A DNA stretch of 63,434 nucleotides, counting the filler, from Intoshia linei (lineage: Eukaryota > Animalia > Orthonectida): assembly GCA_001642005.1 (NCBI GenBank). It is 6 parts of 6 records of this genome, joined end to end, with 100 filler letters (N's around TTAATTAATTAA, not from the genome) between each part and the next. Parts side by side here need not be neighbours in the genome. Positions count along the whole stretch, not along the records: positions 1 to 15,497 come from LWCA01000909.1; positions 15,598 to 42,514 come from LWCA01000451.1; 4 more parts are not named here. One strand, 5' to 3'. Below are positions 12,672-25,400 of the stretch, in pieces. The position numbers and the translations under genes were made by a program. Each line of letters begins with the position of its first letter. Within the stretch, counting starts at the first letter, position 1. The notes beneath the pieces were generated by a model, which saw nothing but the letters and a program-made list of their open reading frames with translations, was not told the DNA's origin and ran no database searches.

Positions 12672-14163
12672 ATGTTTTATCAGGTATTTTCCTTTTTATT
12701 AAGTTGTAATTTGATAATGTAGATTCTTTTGGAACATGATATTTTATTACATCCCCAATACTTTGGTGCTGAAATTGTAGAAAGTATTAAAAAAAAATTA
12801 TTCTCTGAAGTAGAAGGAACATGTACTGGAAAGTATATTTTTATTCTATTTATATACGTAGGTATGGCTACTCTGAGTAAAAAAATAGATTTCTAAACTA
12901 TATATTCTAATATTTTGGTTAGTGCAGTTGGTATATGATAAGATTCATAAAGGGTACACGAAAAAATTGATGTATTACTTTTTTACTATCTACTTGTCAC
13001 ATTTCAACAACTTTTTATAAAGTGGATATACGTTTCATACTTGTAATACCCTATATCAGCAATTCCCAAATTTGAGTACTGGGCTCTAGAGGGTTCGATA
13101 AATTATTTTGGGTATAAACTTGTCTCATACTGTGATACGTAAATTATAAATATTTTTAAAATTCTCAAAATTAAAATTTCTCAAAATAATTGAAATAAAA
13201 ATTAACTTATGATATAGTTAATTAATTATGCATTTACTTTGTAATTATGTATATTATATTGTCTCTTTTACTTAAGATTGCATATTAAATGTATGTACAG
13301 TCAGGCCTTTCAATGCTGCTACTATATTTTAATTTTATAAGAAAATCTCTAGAAAATAAGAAAAGTACAATAATTCACTATTTTTCAAATAATTTATTAC
13401 GAAATCGTTTTTTTAAGAATGAAAATAATGAAAGTTTATGTAATAAAAAATATATGGATTTTTTCGTATAATACAAATTTAAAAAAAATTCGAAAAGTTA
13501 GCGACACCTGTATTGGAAAGCCCTATAAAGAAAATATTTAATAATAAATATGGGTTATGGTGTTTGATACTATTGATTTTGTTTCTGAACTATTTATTTA
13601 TATAACATGTACGTTATAGATACGGTTTTGTTGTAACAGTAGCTCGAATTGAAAATATTGGAGCTGGGAAAATACAGTGTGGGGAAGGCTTAGTAGTATT
13701 TCCAGTTAGGTATCAAGCTATCGTGTTTCGACCTTTTAAAGGTGAAATACTAGATTCCATAGTCAAACAAGTTAATAAGGTATCTTATATTTAAGATTAA
13801 TTTATAATTTTTATACTCAGGTTGGCATATTTACTCAAATTGGACCCATGTCCTGCTTTATTTCCCGCCACGTAATATGATCATTTTCAAAATAATTTAT
13901 ATTTAGTCCATACCATCCGACATGACGTATGATGAAGAATCAAATCCTACCTGTTATAGATCTAAAAATGAGGTTTTTATATTTTTACCTTTAAATATAA
14001 TATTTAGGAGTTTATCATACAGACTGACGATATCATCAGAATTATGGTAGTTGGCACTCGGGTTGACTCTAATGATTTAGTAATTTTTTTCGTATTTGTT
14101 TTTAATTTTATCAAGTTTGCCATCGGAACCCTACTAGACGATTATTTGGGTTTGATATCCTAA
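12672..14163 (+). CDS. POLR2G: RNA polymerase II subunit RPB7, 7 exons
   Basis: MFYQ|[15 protein letters not shown]...EVEGTCTGK|YGFVV...[16 protein letters not shown]|[17 protein letters not shown]|SIPSDM...|[15 protein letters not shown]. Confidence 0.97.
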
Positions 14164-14265
14164 TTTGTCGATTTGTATTTAATTTTAATAAATTTTATTG
14201 TTTAAATTGTCTTGACACGTTTTATGGTGTATGGCACAATCTGTAGAGCTTATATAAATTGCATG

Positions 14266-15497
14266 TGTAGTATCTCTATACATACCATTTTACTAAAGTT
14301 ATAGAGATACTAATTATCACTCAAGAATCTTTAAATAATGTAAATATTAATTGTATTTTAGCTTAATTAAATAAATAATTATCATATTTATTACAAGATA
14401 ATTTAACATAAAGAATTCGAATACGAAAATAGAGAATAATTCAACTTTATCAATTTGGAGAATAAATCCAGAGAAAATCGATTTGAGTTACGAATTACGT
14501 GAACCTATTACTTTAACGTACAATACTAACAAGGTCAGCACCGACATATTAATTGATACTGGCTCATCGGTTAATTTAATCACTAGTGAAACCTTACAAA
14601 AATTTTCCTCAATTCCAAAACTAATTCCGTCATCAATTAAATTATTAGCGGCAAATGGAACAGTAATAAATCATTTGGGTATAGTAGAATTTAAAATTAA
14701 TAATGAAGTAATTAAATTTTTTATTGCCATTAATAATTAAGAAGTCAAATGGTAAATACAGATTTGTAGTAAACTCAATGGAATTACCAAACCTAATTCT
14801 TATCCTACTTCAAATATTAAATTATGTCTATTAAAACTGGCTAGAAAAAAATTATTCACAACTCTAGACTTATCATCTGGGTTTTGGCAAATTGCAGTAA
14901 ATCTAGCAGATAGGCCCAAAACAGCATTTGCAACACAATTTGGTAAACATTTATATTAATTTAAAAAAATGCCATTTGGCCTAGTTAATGCACCAATGAC
15001 AAGTCAAAAGATTATGGATGATTTATTAGGAGATTTGAATAACGTGACCATATATATGGATATATTATTATAGCTTCCCCGGTAAAAGAAACCCACGAAA
15101 CTGATTTGGAAAAAGTTTTTCATCGACTCTCGTATGCTGGTGTTTATATACAACCTAATAAATGTAATATTGGTAGTTGTAAATTAAAAATACTTGGAAA
15201 AATTATAGATGAGAATGGAATTCGAACTGATCCGGATAAAATCAAAGCTATCAATAAATTAAAAACACCAAGAAATCTTAAGCAATTACGAAGTTTTCTT
15301 AGATTTTGTGGTTATCATAGATCATTCATTCGAAACTATGCAGAATTGTGTATGCCATTAACTCGTTTAACTCATAAAAAAGATAAATTTGAGTGATCAA
15401 ATGAATGCGAAATAGCTGTGAATAAATTAAAGAATGAACTTACTAATTCATCAACAATGTATATACCTAATTCTGACGACGAATTTATCCTTGAAAC
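14266..15497 (+). mobile_element. Degenerate Ty3/Gypsy LTR retrotransposon: short LTR (14266-14395), protease, RT, connection and start of RNase H; runs into a gap
   Basis: TGTAGTA...ATTACA LTR homologous to the solo LTR at 28607. Protease LIDTGSSVNL. RT motifs KKSNGKYRF, LDLSSGFWQI, KTAFAT, KMPFGLVNAP. Also GIRTDPDKIKAI and FILET. Stops, frameshifts and internal deletions are present. Confidence 0.9.
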
Positions 15498-15597
15498 NNN
15501 NNNNNNNNNNNNNNNNNNNNNNNNNNNNNNNNNNNNNNNNNTTAATTAATTAANNNNNNNNNNNNNNNNNNNNNNNNNNNNNNNNNNNNNNNNNNNN
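15498..15597. other. Assembly gap with artificial TTAATTAATTAA spacer (also 42515-42614, 53543-53642, 60613-60712, 61992-62091)
   Basis: Identical 100-bp N blocks, each containing a six-frame-stop linker. Confidence 0.97.
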
Positions 15598-16028
15598 AAG
15601 TCATCACTTATTCGGATTGAAATTTTTTATGTGTGTTAACATGATACAACTGTATCACATGTAATTTTTTTTAAATTCTAGGGCTGTTTTAAAAAAAAAG
15701 AAAGGGTAATTTGGGTTTTGGCCCTGAAGATATAATTTTTTTCAAATTTAAATTTATGATAATGTTTATGATTTTAAAATCCGCATCAGCGTATATATTT
15801 TTTTAAATTCTTCAACTCGTTTAATTTTCAAAAAGAGGGACAACAGGGGTTTTTGACCGTTAAGATGTGAAATTGGGAGGTTGAAATTTATGTTATTATA
15901 CGCCCCGGAAAAAACTGTAATTGAAATGTGATCTTTAAAAAATTTTAAGAGTGCTAGTTATTTCAAAAAAGTAACACACATAGACAGACACACAAACAAA
16001 AATCGCGTCGCATTTTATAAGTTAGGAT
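15598..16028 (-). mobile_element. Copy of an abundant dispersed repeat with a Helitron-like 5' end
   Basis: The reverse complement starts A|TCCTAACTTATAAAATGCG...TGTTTGTGTGTCTGTCT. Homologous to 25320-25731, 42680-43100, 49100-49690 and 59580-59870. Confidence 0.6.
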
Positions 16029-16470
16029 TGAGAAAAATTATTTTTTGAAAAATTTGTCACGAAATTGTTTCATTTCGAACATAAATACATATATAGCATC
16101 AAACTAAAATTATAAAATTTTGTATAATACAAATTTATAAAAAATAAATTGTATAATAAAAAATTTTGTTGGGTACAAGTGTATTAAAAAGAGGTAAGAA
16201 TTCCAGAATGTCGAGTAAGGTAAGTTGGGCTTTGTATGATCAATATTAGACTAGGAAGAATTTTTTTATATAAAAATTTATATCATACAATGAAGACATT
16301 GACTACTAAGCACATGTTTCTCAGGTATATGTAAAACCCTACGGTTTCTGGTGTAACGTGTCGCATGTATGAATATTAAATTAATTACACATTCAATTAA
16401 ACTTTCTACAGCTTAAAATTGTGAATATATTTTTAATAATGTATATTATACACTTTTACTGTATTTATAG

Positions 16471-19400
16471 GCATATCGGTAATCCAAACATATGGGAAAA
16501 GCTTTCATGTCAACCTTTTTCGATTCCAAACTGTCAATTTGCAAATTTTCCATCTAGCACGTTTGGTTGCTTTTGTTTACGATTTTCTCGGAATGGATTG
16601 TAATTTTATTTTGATCCACTATAGTATATTACCCTAATGTGCTTTTAATTGGTTGTAATAAAGGGTTGTTGATGGTGACTTGTATTTCATTATATGTAAT
16701 TTATGGATATTGGCTTAAGATGAATTGTTTCATTTACGTTAATTTTATTTTGTACTAGAAGGTAACTGCATGTAATTCTACTTACATAATATATTAAACA
16801 CAAAATTCAAAGTTATTGAGCGGTTTCAAGGTAATACAGTCTAAATAACCTTTTCTCCAAGTTAAAAAGCATTTTGACTATTTCTGAGGCACTTTTCGAT
16901 GGGTACACACAATTCGCGACAATGAAAATTGAATTATAAAAGGGGTATATATCGGAAAAAGGGATTACAATAACAGTTATTTAAATAAGATTGAAAATAA
17001 TTACATTTTAGATTTTTGGCTGCCGCTTGTCAAGAACGTATCGGTGGATATCTCAAAATTTTTACGGTACGATTAATTAATAATTAATTATACATTTTCA
17101 TTATAATTTTTTCCATTTACCAAAAATAATCATTTAGGTACCTCGTTGTAAATTTCGCTCATGTATTTTTGCACATAATGAAATAATATATGATATCGAT
17201 TGGAATATTGATTCTAAATACATTGTAACGTGCTCAGCTGACTATACCGCCAAGTAATTTTAATTCATCCAATACATGCTAATAAACAGAAAAATAACAC
17301 TTTCATAAATGAATTCCTTATAAAGTGGATATTTTGTGGGTCCATTCGGAAAGAGTAATCCAAGTACATGTATATATTTAAAATTTATTTGACTAAAACA
17401 TTTTCTTCAAAATCAACGTCTTCTCGTATGATCAACCATTGCTCCATTTTGCAAACTAACATGCATATTATTTCGACCTCTATACAGCATTACTGGTGCA
17501 TTGGGACGTACTGTATAAGCATAAGTTCTATTTGTTACATTTGGATGAGGTTGCATTCTACCAGGGGTCATACGAATGTGAGAATGCTGTATTGGTGGAG
17601 CATGTATTTGTGGAGAATGTCGTATTGGTGGAGCATGTGTAGGTGTAGGTGGTTGATTTACCACTTCTCTATTTATTATGTCATATTGATCCATTGGAGC
17701 TGGCCACGATGGATTAAATGTATTCTCCTGAGTTTGCACATGTACCGATTGCATAATAACTGGATTCTGATGCCTGATCTCTATTGGTTTCTTATGTTGA
17801 TTTTCACTTAACAATTTCATTCGATCAGATTTTTTCATTGCATGAGCTACATAGAATGGTCTGGAAAAATGATTGCCTGTAACTGATAGTGTTTCTATTG
17901 CCGCGTCAGCCTCTGATGGTGATTTATAACAAACAAATCCAAAACCTTTTGATTTTCCAAATTTATCCGTCATTATTGCCAAGGATGTAATTTTTCCAAA
18001 AGGACTGAACAACTAAAAATACAATATTAATGGTAAAATATGACTTTTTTGAATTTAAATTTGATTAACTTTTATAACTCATAGACGATGTGGACGGGCA
18101 ATATGTAAAAAATGAAGGTAGGAGCGTAATGACCGTACATTAATGACTTCGTCGAAAATATTTTACTTTATTGCGAAAATTCCATTAATATTATACTACT
18201 TAATACTATGTGTTATCTAGAGCAGTGAACAAAAAAATCGACACCCAAACAGTATAAAAAAAGTTTAGACATCTATTGTATGATAACTACAGAGCAACCC
18301 AAAAGTTGCAAGAAAGCGACAGAAAAGTAGCATTGATTACAAAAAAAGTTGTAATATAAACAATTAGTAAAAAACTTTCTTTTAAGGTATTATAATATGA
18401 CATAAAATAATTTTTAATGTTAACTTTTCTCAAAATCTTCACTTATTTGTTACAAAAAGTTGCTCTAATAATAACGGTGTTAAATGTATCCTTTCTTATT
18501 TTTTAAAAAAAATTTGTCCATAAAAAATACATTTAATTTAATATTTTTTCTTAAACCCCAGAGCCCCATTTCGGAACCTATGAATATATGGAAAATGTAG
18601 AAATGCTAAAAATTTTCAAATTTTACATTTAGTGTTAATATTTTAAAAGTTATGCCATTAAATTATATATATTCAAATAACCTAGAATTTAAAAAAAAAT
18701 AAACATATTTCAAGTTTTTTCCTAATTCATATCAGAACAAATTTCAACTTGATAAACCAACATCTTCACAACGTAATACAATAATACAATGCAATAAGCA
18801 AAATTTTGTAAATTATTACGTTAAATTGTTATGATTTTGTCATTCAAGTTAAAAATGAAAACTACATGTATTGTAATTAACAATTTTTATTAATAATTAA
18901 AAAACCAGGTGTCAATCAATGAAATTTTTTATAAAATTTATTGTTTACCTTTATTTAATGATATGATTAGTAAATATTTTGTAACTATCGATTTTCAAAT
19001 TTAATTTACATTTATGTATTTGATTTTATTTATTTATTTGTAATTGAATTTTATTGCATATTGTGATTGGATCGTAGAAATTTAAAATAATTTGTTAAAA
19101 TAATTCATTCGGTTTTTATTTTACTTTTTTACCAAAAAATCCACCTTTGTAGTATATTAAAAACGTGACTGGAAAAGGATAGATTTGACATTTTTTATTA
19201 AAAATTTCTACACAACCAACTCAATCTATTTTATAGTTAAATGAACAAATGTTAGATTATTAAAACGAATAATTCTTACCAAAAGTAAAACGTCTAATAA
19301 CAATTATTATAAAAATTACACTTTCGATATAGCCTTCCGTTGTATTGGGATCAATATTTTTGAAATATACATTACTTTTGCTATTAATTCTGTCCTTATA

Positions 19401-22400
19401 AATTTCATAATCCTCCTTAATTTTGGCAATTCGTTCAATCTTTGTCAAAGCTTTTGCAACATATAGATCCGTAACTTGTCCATTGGATAAAGTAATTTTA
19501 TTTTCACTATAATAATTTACTGCATCCCTAGCAGACTTTGCGTCAGCGTAGCAAACAAATCCAAACTCTCTTGATTTACCTTCAGGTGTTTTCATTATGA
19601 CGGCAGATGCAATTTTTCCAAATTGTTGAAAATGCGTTCTTAAATCAGATTCATTCCAAAGATGTGAAAAATTTTTTATATAGACATTGTAGTTTGTATT
19701 CGCTCTTTCGTTTTTGGTGAGATATCGTTCAATATGAATTTTTTCTCCCTCAATACACGTATTATTCAAAGTTTTGATAGCTCTATCGGCATTATTTACA
19801 TCAAAAAATTGCACAAAGCCATAACCCAAAGAATTGCCATCTTTGTCGGTAGCTAACTTTGCTGAATATATTTCTCCAAATCCAATCAACGTTTCATACA
19901 ACGTCTTTGTATCGATACTCGCGTGCAAGTTTTTGATAAATACGTTACCAACACATGCTGTTCTTCGAGCAGAATCGTTGTCTTTCCACATAATTCGTAT
20001 ACATCGACTATTAAAAACAAGATAGTTCATAGAATCTTTTGCTATTACAGCATGTTCGGGGTTTTCATATGTTACAAAGCCAAAACTGTTCTTGTGTTTA
20101 CCACTATCATTATATAATTCAAAAGCGCTGATATTACCAAATCTTTTAAAAGATGATTTTATCGAATCTTCATTTACATTTGGCTCCAGGTTACCAATGT
20201 AAAGTGCATTTCTCTGCTTTAAGTATTGATTTTCAAATTTAACAATCTTTTCTTTGGCGTTTTCATTTGGTGTTGGATCTGCAACAGGTATTTCAACTGC
20301 ATTCGTTTCCATTATTTCAGTAGTTTCGTCAGTAATTGTTGTACTCGGCATATTTTATTCTAATTGTATTATTAACACTATCAAAAATTAATATTAAAGA
20401 TTACCAGATTTTTTATTTTTTCTGTTTTAAAATGATTTTTAAAATTAATGATTAAATGAATTTGTGTATTTATCAATGACGATTAATTACTAAGCTATAC
20501 TGGACAACTAGTCCAGTTTTTGACTGGTTTCTATCGATTATTCTTAACATTTGTACCTATGAAACTTGATTCATTCTGTCTTTTGTTATTTTACGCAAAT
20601 TTGTTGAGTTTATGGTTACTTGTATACATTGTATTGTTAAAGTATAAATTTATTATTATCATTTATTATAATAAATTTATAATAATTGTTTTAAATTTCT
20701 TTGTCATTGAATCAATTGAGTGTTATATTATTAATAAACTTTATAATTAATACCCTTTTATTTTCAATATGATAATAATTACACGATGTGATACTAACTA
20801 AATCAAGAATGACAACATTTTGTACAGTATTACAATTTATTATACACACTGTGATTGTACAGACTTGCTATTACATTGTTTATTACAAATTTATGTAAAT
20901 TTGTGAACTAATTTTATTAATAACTAGCTTGATTGTTATGTACAAACAGCAGCTAGCTTTGCTGATGACACTTTTTTCATTGAAATACATTTAAACCAGC
21001 GGTTCTCAACCTTTTGCAGTCCATGGCCCACCTTATTAAACCTTAAAATATCTACTTTTATTTACAGTAAAATGCTTTATTTATTTAAATTTATACTAGT
21101 TAGTGACTGACTTGGCATTGGTGTTTGGTGTACAATGAATCGTAATCAATTTCTATTAGTTTATTCAATCTTAGTCGCATTATTCATCGGTTGTTCACAT
21201 ATAATTTTGACCTCTTCTTACTAAAACTATTGACTAATACTATATATCATATATATCATATATATAATATATATATATAAATATCGATTGATTTCTATTC
21301 GTTTCACTAATTTAAAATTTTCTTTTAAGACTTAAAATAAATAAGTTAAATTAAGTTAAAGAGTTATTCAGTTAGTTCAGGAGTGGTTTTATCATCTGGT
21401 TCAAAGTTTTGAAAATCTGTAAACCATAATTTCAAATTTATATTTGAAATTCATTATGCATTTATAGATTTTGTTTTGGTTAGCAATTTTATGGCTTAAT
21501 ACACCAAATTTTTTTTAATGTTGAAAATTTTCTGTGGGCCACGTTGAGAACCCCTGATTTAAACTAGTATTTATTTTACTTAAACTAGCAGTAACATTTT
21601 TGACAATGAAAATGTACGTTTCTAAGTCTGAGATTTACGATAATGTTAATGATTTTAAAAAGAGTCTAGATTTATGTTTCTTTAAATTTTTGGCTGATTT
21701 AATTTTAAAAAAAGGCAAATTTGGTTTTTGACCCCAAAGGACTCAATTTCGGGAAATGAAACAGATATAAACATCATCTGCAGAAAAAAATATTTTAAAT
21801 TATGTTTTTTAAATTCTAAGACTGTTAATTTTTTAAATATACGGTAACAAACACAGAAATTCAATTTTGTAAGTAAAGGAAAAAGAATAAAATTAAAATT
21901 ATTGAAAAGGCCGCAATTTCCCCACCTCTGATTTACAATTAATAATTGTCAATTATCAACATATTTTATATCAATTATTAAAAAATCTAAAAATTACGAA
22001 AAAAATTATTTTGTATTTGTATTCTGATAAAATTTATTTTCATACATTGTTCAGAGATTTTCAACGTAGTTACGTTTTTTATTAATTTTTTAACAAAACT
22101 TTTTTAATTTTTTTTTGTTATATCTTTATTTTCTTTAAAAAAATTAGCGTAAAGCCCAGAAGAATTACAAAAAACCTGGTGTGATCTTGCGAAAGGGTGA
22201 AAATTGAAAAATACATACTACTCCGTTGAGTATTTTCTACTGAGACAAGCGGTATCTAGCTTCTGAGATTGCACAAAATAATAAAAAGATACTTAGAGAA
22301 ATAAAATAATAAATTTTAAAATACATTTTTGACGGGGAAATTCCAAATGTCTGAGGTTCAAATTTTTTTGGTAATTCAATTGTGAAAAACTGTCTCAGAA

Positions 22401-25400
22401 TTTATAATTTTGAAATTATTCAATAAATTGAGGCTACACACAATCAAACATTAAATTCAATTCAGTAAAGATATAAGCAATGTTTATTGTTGTCATCATT
22501 ATTATCCAAAAATTCACTTTAATATCTTAATTTTTAAATAGTCAAAAATTAAAACACGTAATGTAAATTCGTGTTGACGGCACAACTCACAAAAATTATC
22601 ACCCAAAAATTTTAACTAGACAACCAAACTTACCCGCAGGCATGTTACCTACAATATATGTTTCTCTACCATATATACACAAATTCACTGATTTATGATG
22701 AAATGCTGAATTTAGAGTATTTGATATTTAGACCTTTAAGATTCTAACATTTTGTTTATTTTTATTTACAAATTTTAGAATATGGGATATATCGGATGTT
22801 ATTGTCACACAAATGTGTGAATTGCCACATTCCACATATGTTTATGTTGCCAAATTTCATCCACTTGAAGAAAAATATGTAATTACATGTGCTAATGACG
22901 GAGCAATTCGTATTTGGAAAACTAACATTGATATAGAAGGTGTAGCTCAGGTATTATTATTTATTCATTTACAAATATCAAAAAAACTCATTTTAATTAT
23001 TTTTTGATTTCATTTCTGACATTTACATTTATGATACTGGTCAATAAGCAGTGCTGATGATGCTAAAATCTGTGTCAGAAATGAATTTTTTTAATTCTGA
23101 CTAATTTTATTTTTAAAAAAAGTTTTATTTGGAGGTTTTCACAGTGAAGATGCCAATTTTTTAGATTGAAACTTATCTTTGATTATGTGCGCTATAATTT
23201 TAGTTAATAAATTTCTGGGATTTTAATTTTTTTAATAAATGGTTACACAGACACAGATTTCAAGCATGTTACTTTATACAAGTAACGAATGAATAATATC
23301 GTTATTATTATTATACATTATGAATATTGTGTCGTTATTATAGGTAGATACATTATTATAATAATGTATTATAATCTAACGTTTATTTTTCGATACTCTA
23401 GCTTACTCAAGAAATTTTTCAACACAAATCAAATATTAACTCTATATGTTTTAATGAAATGGAACGCAAAATGTACTCGGCAGATTCTAATGGAATTATT
23501 AATGTTTGGATTTTTAACAAAGACGTAGAATTTGAAAGAACTATATTAATTGATGAAATAGAGGTATAATGTACTTTATTTTATTTTATTTTATTTAATG
23601 TATTTTATTCAAATGTACATGTATCTATTAATTTAGAATATAAGCATAAATCACATTGAAATTACAAATAATGGTAGAAAAATGATGATACATTGTAAAG
23701 ACAACATTTTGAGATTGATTGATTTAAGAATGTACTAATTTTATAAATATTTAAAATATATCACTGCACAACATAATGAAAACTTTTTTCGAAAATCTGA
23801 ATGAGACTTATACGATTAAAGAGTTGAAATTTTCGTGATCAACATGATACATCTCTTTAATTTTACAGTTGGTTATTAAAATATATTATTTGACAATATC
23901 ATATAAACTAATTATTTCAATTAATTTTAGTTTCTTAATTAGTAATTAATTAGTTTATTAGTAATATGTAATTTGTTTTAAATGAGATATTTCAAATTTT
24001 TTACAATATGTATGTAATTTTTAGCGGAAAATTACGTGATTATATTTAAATTAACACGAAATGAATATTAAATAAATTACAGGTGTAAATAAACACATTG
24101 AACCATATATATCACTAAAATCAGCTTTAAATTATCTACAAAATGGAATTATTTTTATGCAGATCTATTTTTCAGTGTTGACTACTGTAATATCAATACA
24201 ATTACATGTAGTAGTAATATTTACTAGTATATTAATTGTATATTAAAATTTAAATTAATTTAACAATTAATTAACAATTTAAAATAATATAATACTTTCA
24301 GGAACGTTATATCAATAAGATATTTTGGTTCTGTTACATATTCACTACGTAATCGTAGCTGCATCACCCCATGCGGATCGTTCCTTTTTGCTGGTAGTCA
24401 GGATGGCAAATACTATGTTTGGGACGTTGCGTCAGGTTATTTTATTATTAATATAATTGATATTCATATTCTTAATTTGAGAAGCTAAACACACTTTCCA
24501 TACCCTGAAACCTTTCAAAACAGGCACCTTTTTCAATCAATTTTTCAAGATTATAATCATTTCTAAAAAAATAATATAAATCCTAACTTATATAAAACTG
24601 TTTGTCTGTCCGTCTGTTACATAACTATAATTTTAATATGTAATATGTTCAATAACTAAGTGTCTTAGAGTTTTAAAAGTTCTAAAAGATATTACAGTTT
24701 TTTCCGGTGGTGTAATTAAGATAAACTTTTATCTCAGAAACTTACATCTTACCGATCAAAAATTTAATAAATACTTAAAAATACCAATTATGTATCAGTA
24801 ATTAACGGAATCAGCACTTTATAAACATATTTCAGGTGAATTTTACCAATATTGCAAATGGATTATAATAAATATAAAAATGATAATAACAAAGTTTTAT
24901 TACTTTTAGTAATTTGTTGTTGAAGTTATAATTTAAATTTTAAACAAAATGTTTTGAAAATGAGAATTTAAGATTGAAAAATTGCGAAGAAATGAATTAT
25001 ATAGATTTTCACCCATATTTCTTTATTGGAAATATGTAGACGTTCAATACACACTTTTTTGAAATTGTAGATTTACATTTTCATTTTTGATTTTTAATTG
25101 ATTTAGTGAAAAATATTGATTGATACTATATTAAATATTATTTTTCACCAGGAATGCGTAGATTTCTGGTGTTGAAGTTTTGTATTTATATCAACTGGAA
25201 TAAGCTCTATCAGAATAATTTTTTTTTTTTTAATTTTCGGATTATTAATTATTTGACATTTTTTGTTTTAATATAATATTTGAAAAAAATATATGAATAC
25301 TAAAATGTTTTTTTTTACCGTGAACGCATCACTAATTCAGATTGAAATTTTTGGTGTGTGTTAACAGGATACAACTGTATCACATGTAATTTTTTTTAAA

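Noticed and set aside
13780-13820. GTATCTT donor resembling a U12 intron
   Set aside because: It lacks the full GTATCCTT donor and a CCTTAAC branch site; it fits an ordinary 41-bp U2 intron.
15542-15553. TTAATTAATTAA motif repeated five times in the window
   Set aside because: It is always centred in identical 100-bp N runs, so it is an artificial scaffold linker, not biology.
17368-17811. 147-aa plus-strand Trp-rich ORF
   Set aside because: Antisense shadow of the Pro/His-rich PABP tail (CCA codons read as TGG).
5620-20351. Functional pairing of the UBR5 MLLE domain with the nearby MLLE-less PABP
   Set aside because: MLLE is a standard UBR5 feature, and the genes are separated by other genes and an assembly gap; proximity is not evidence.
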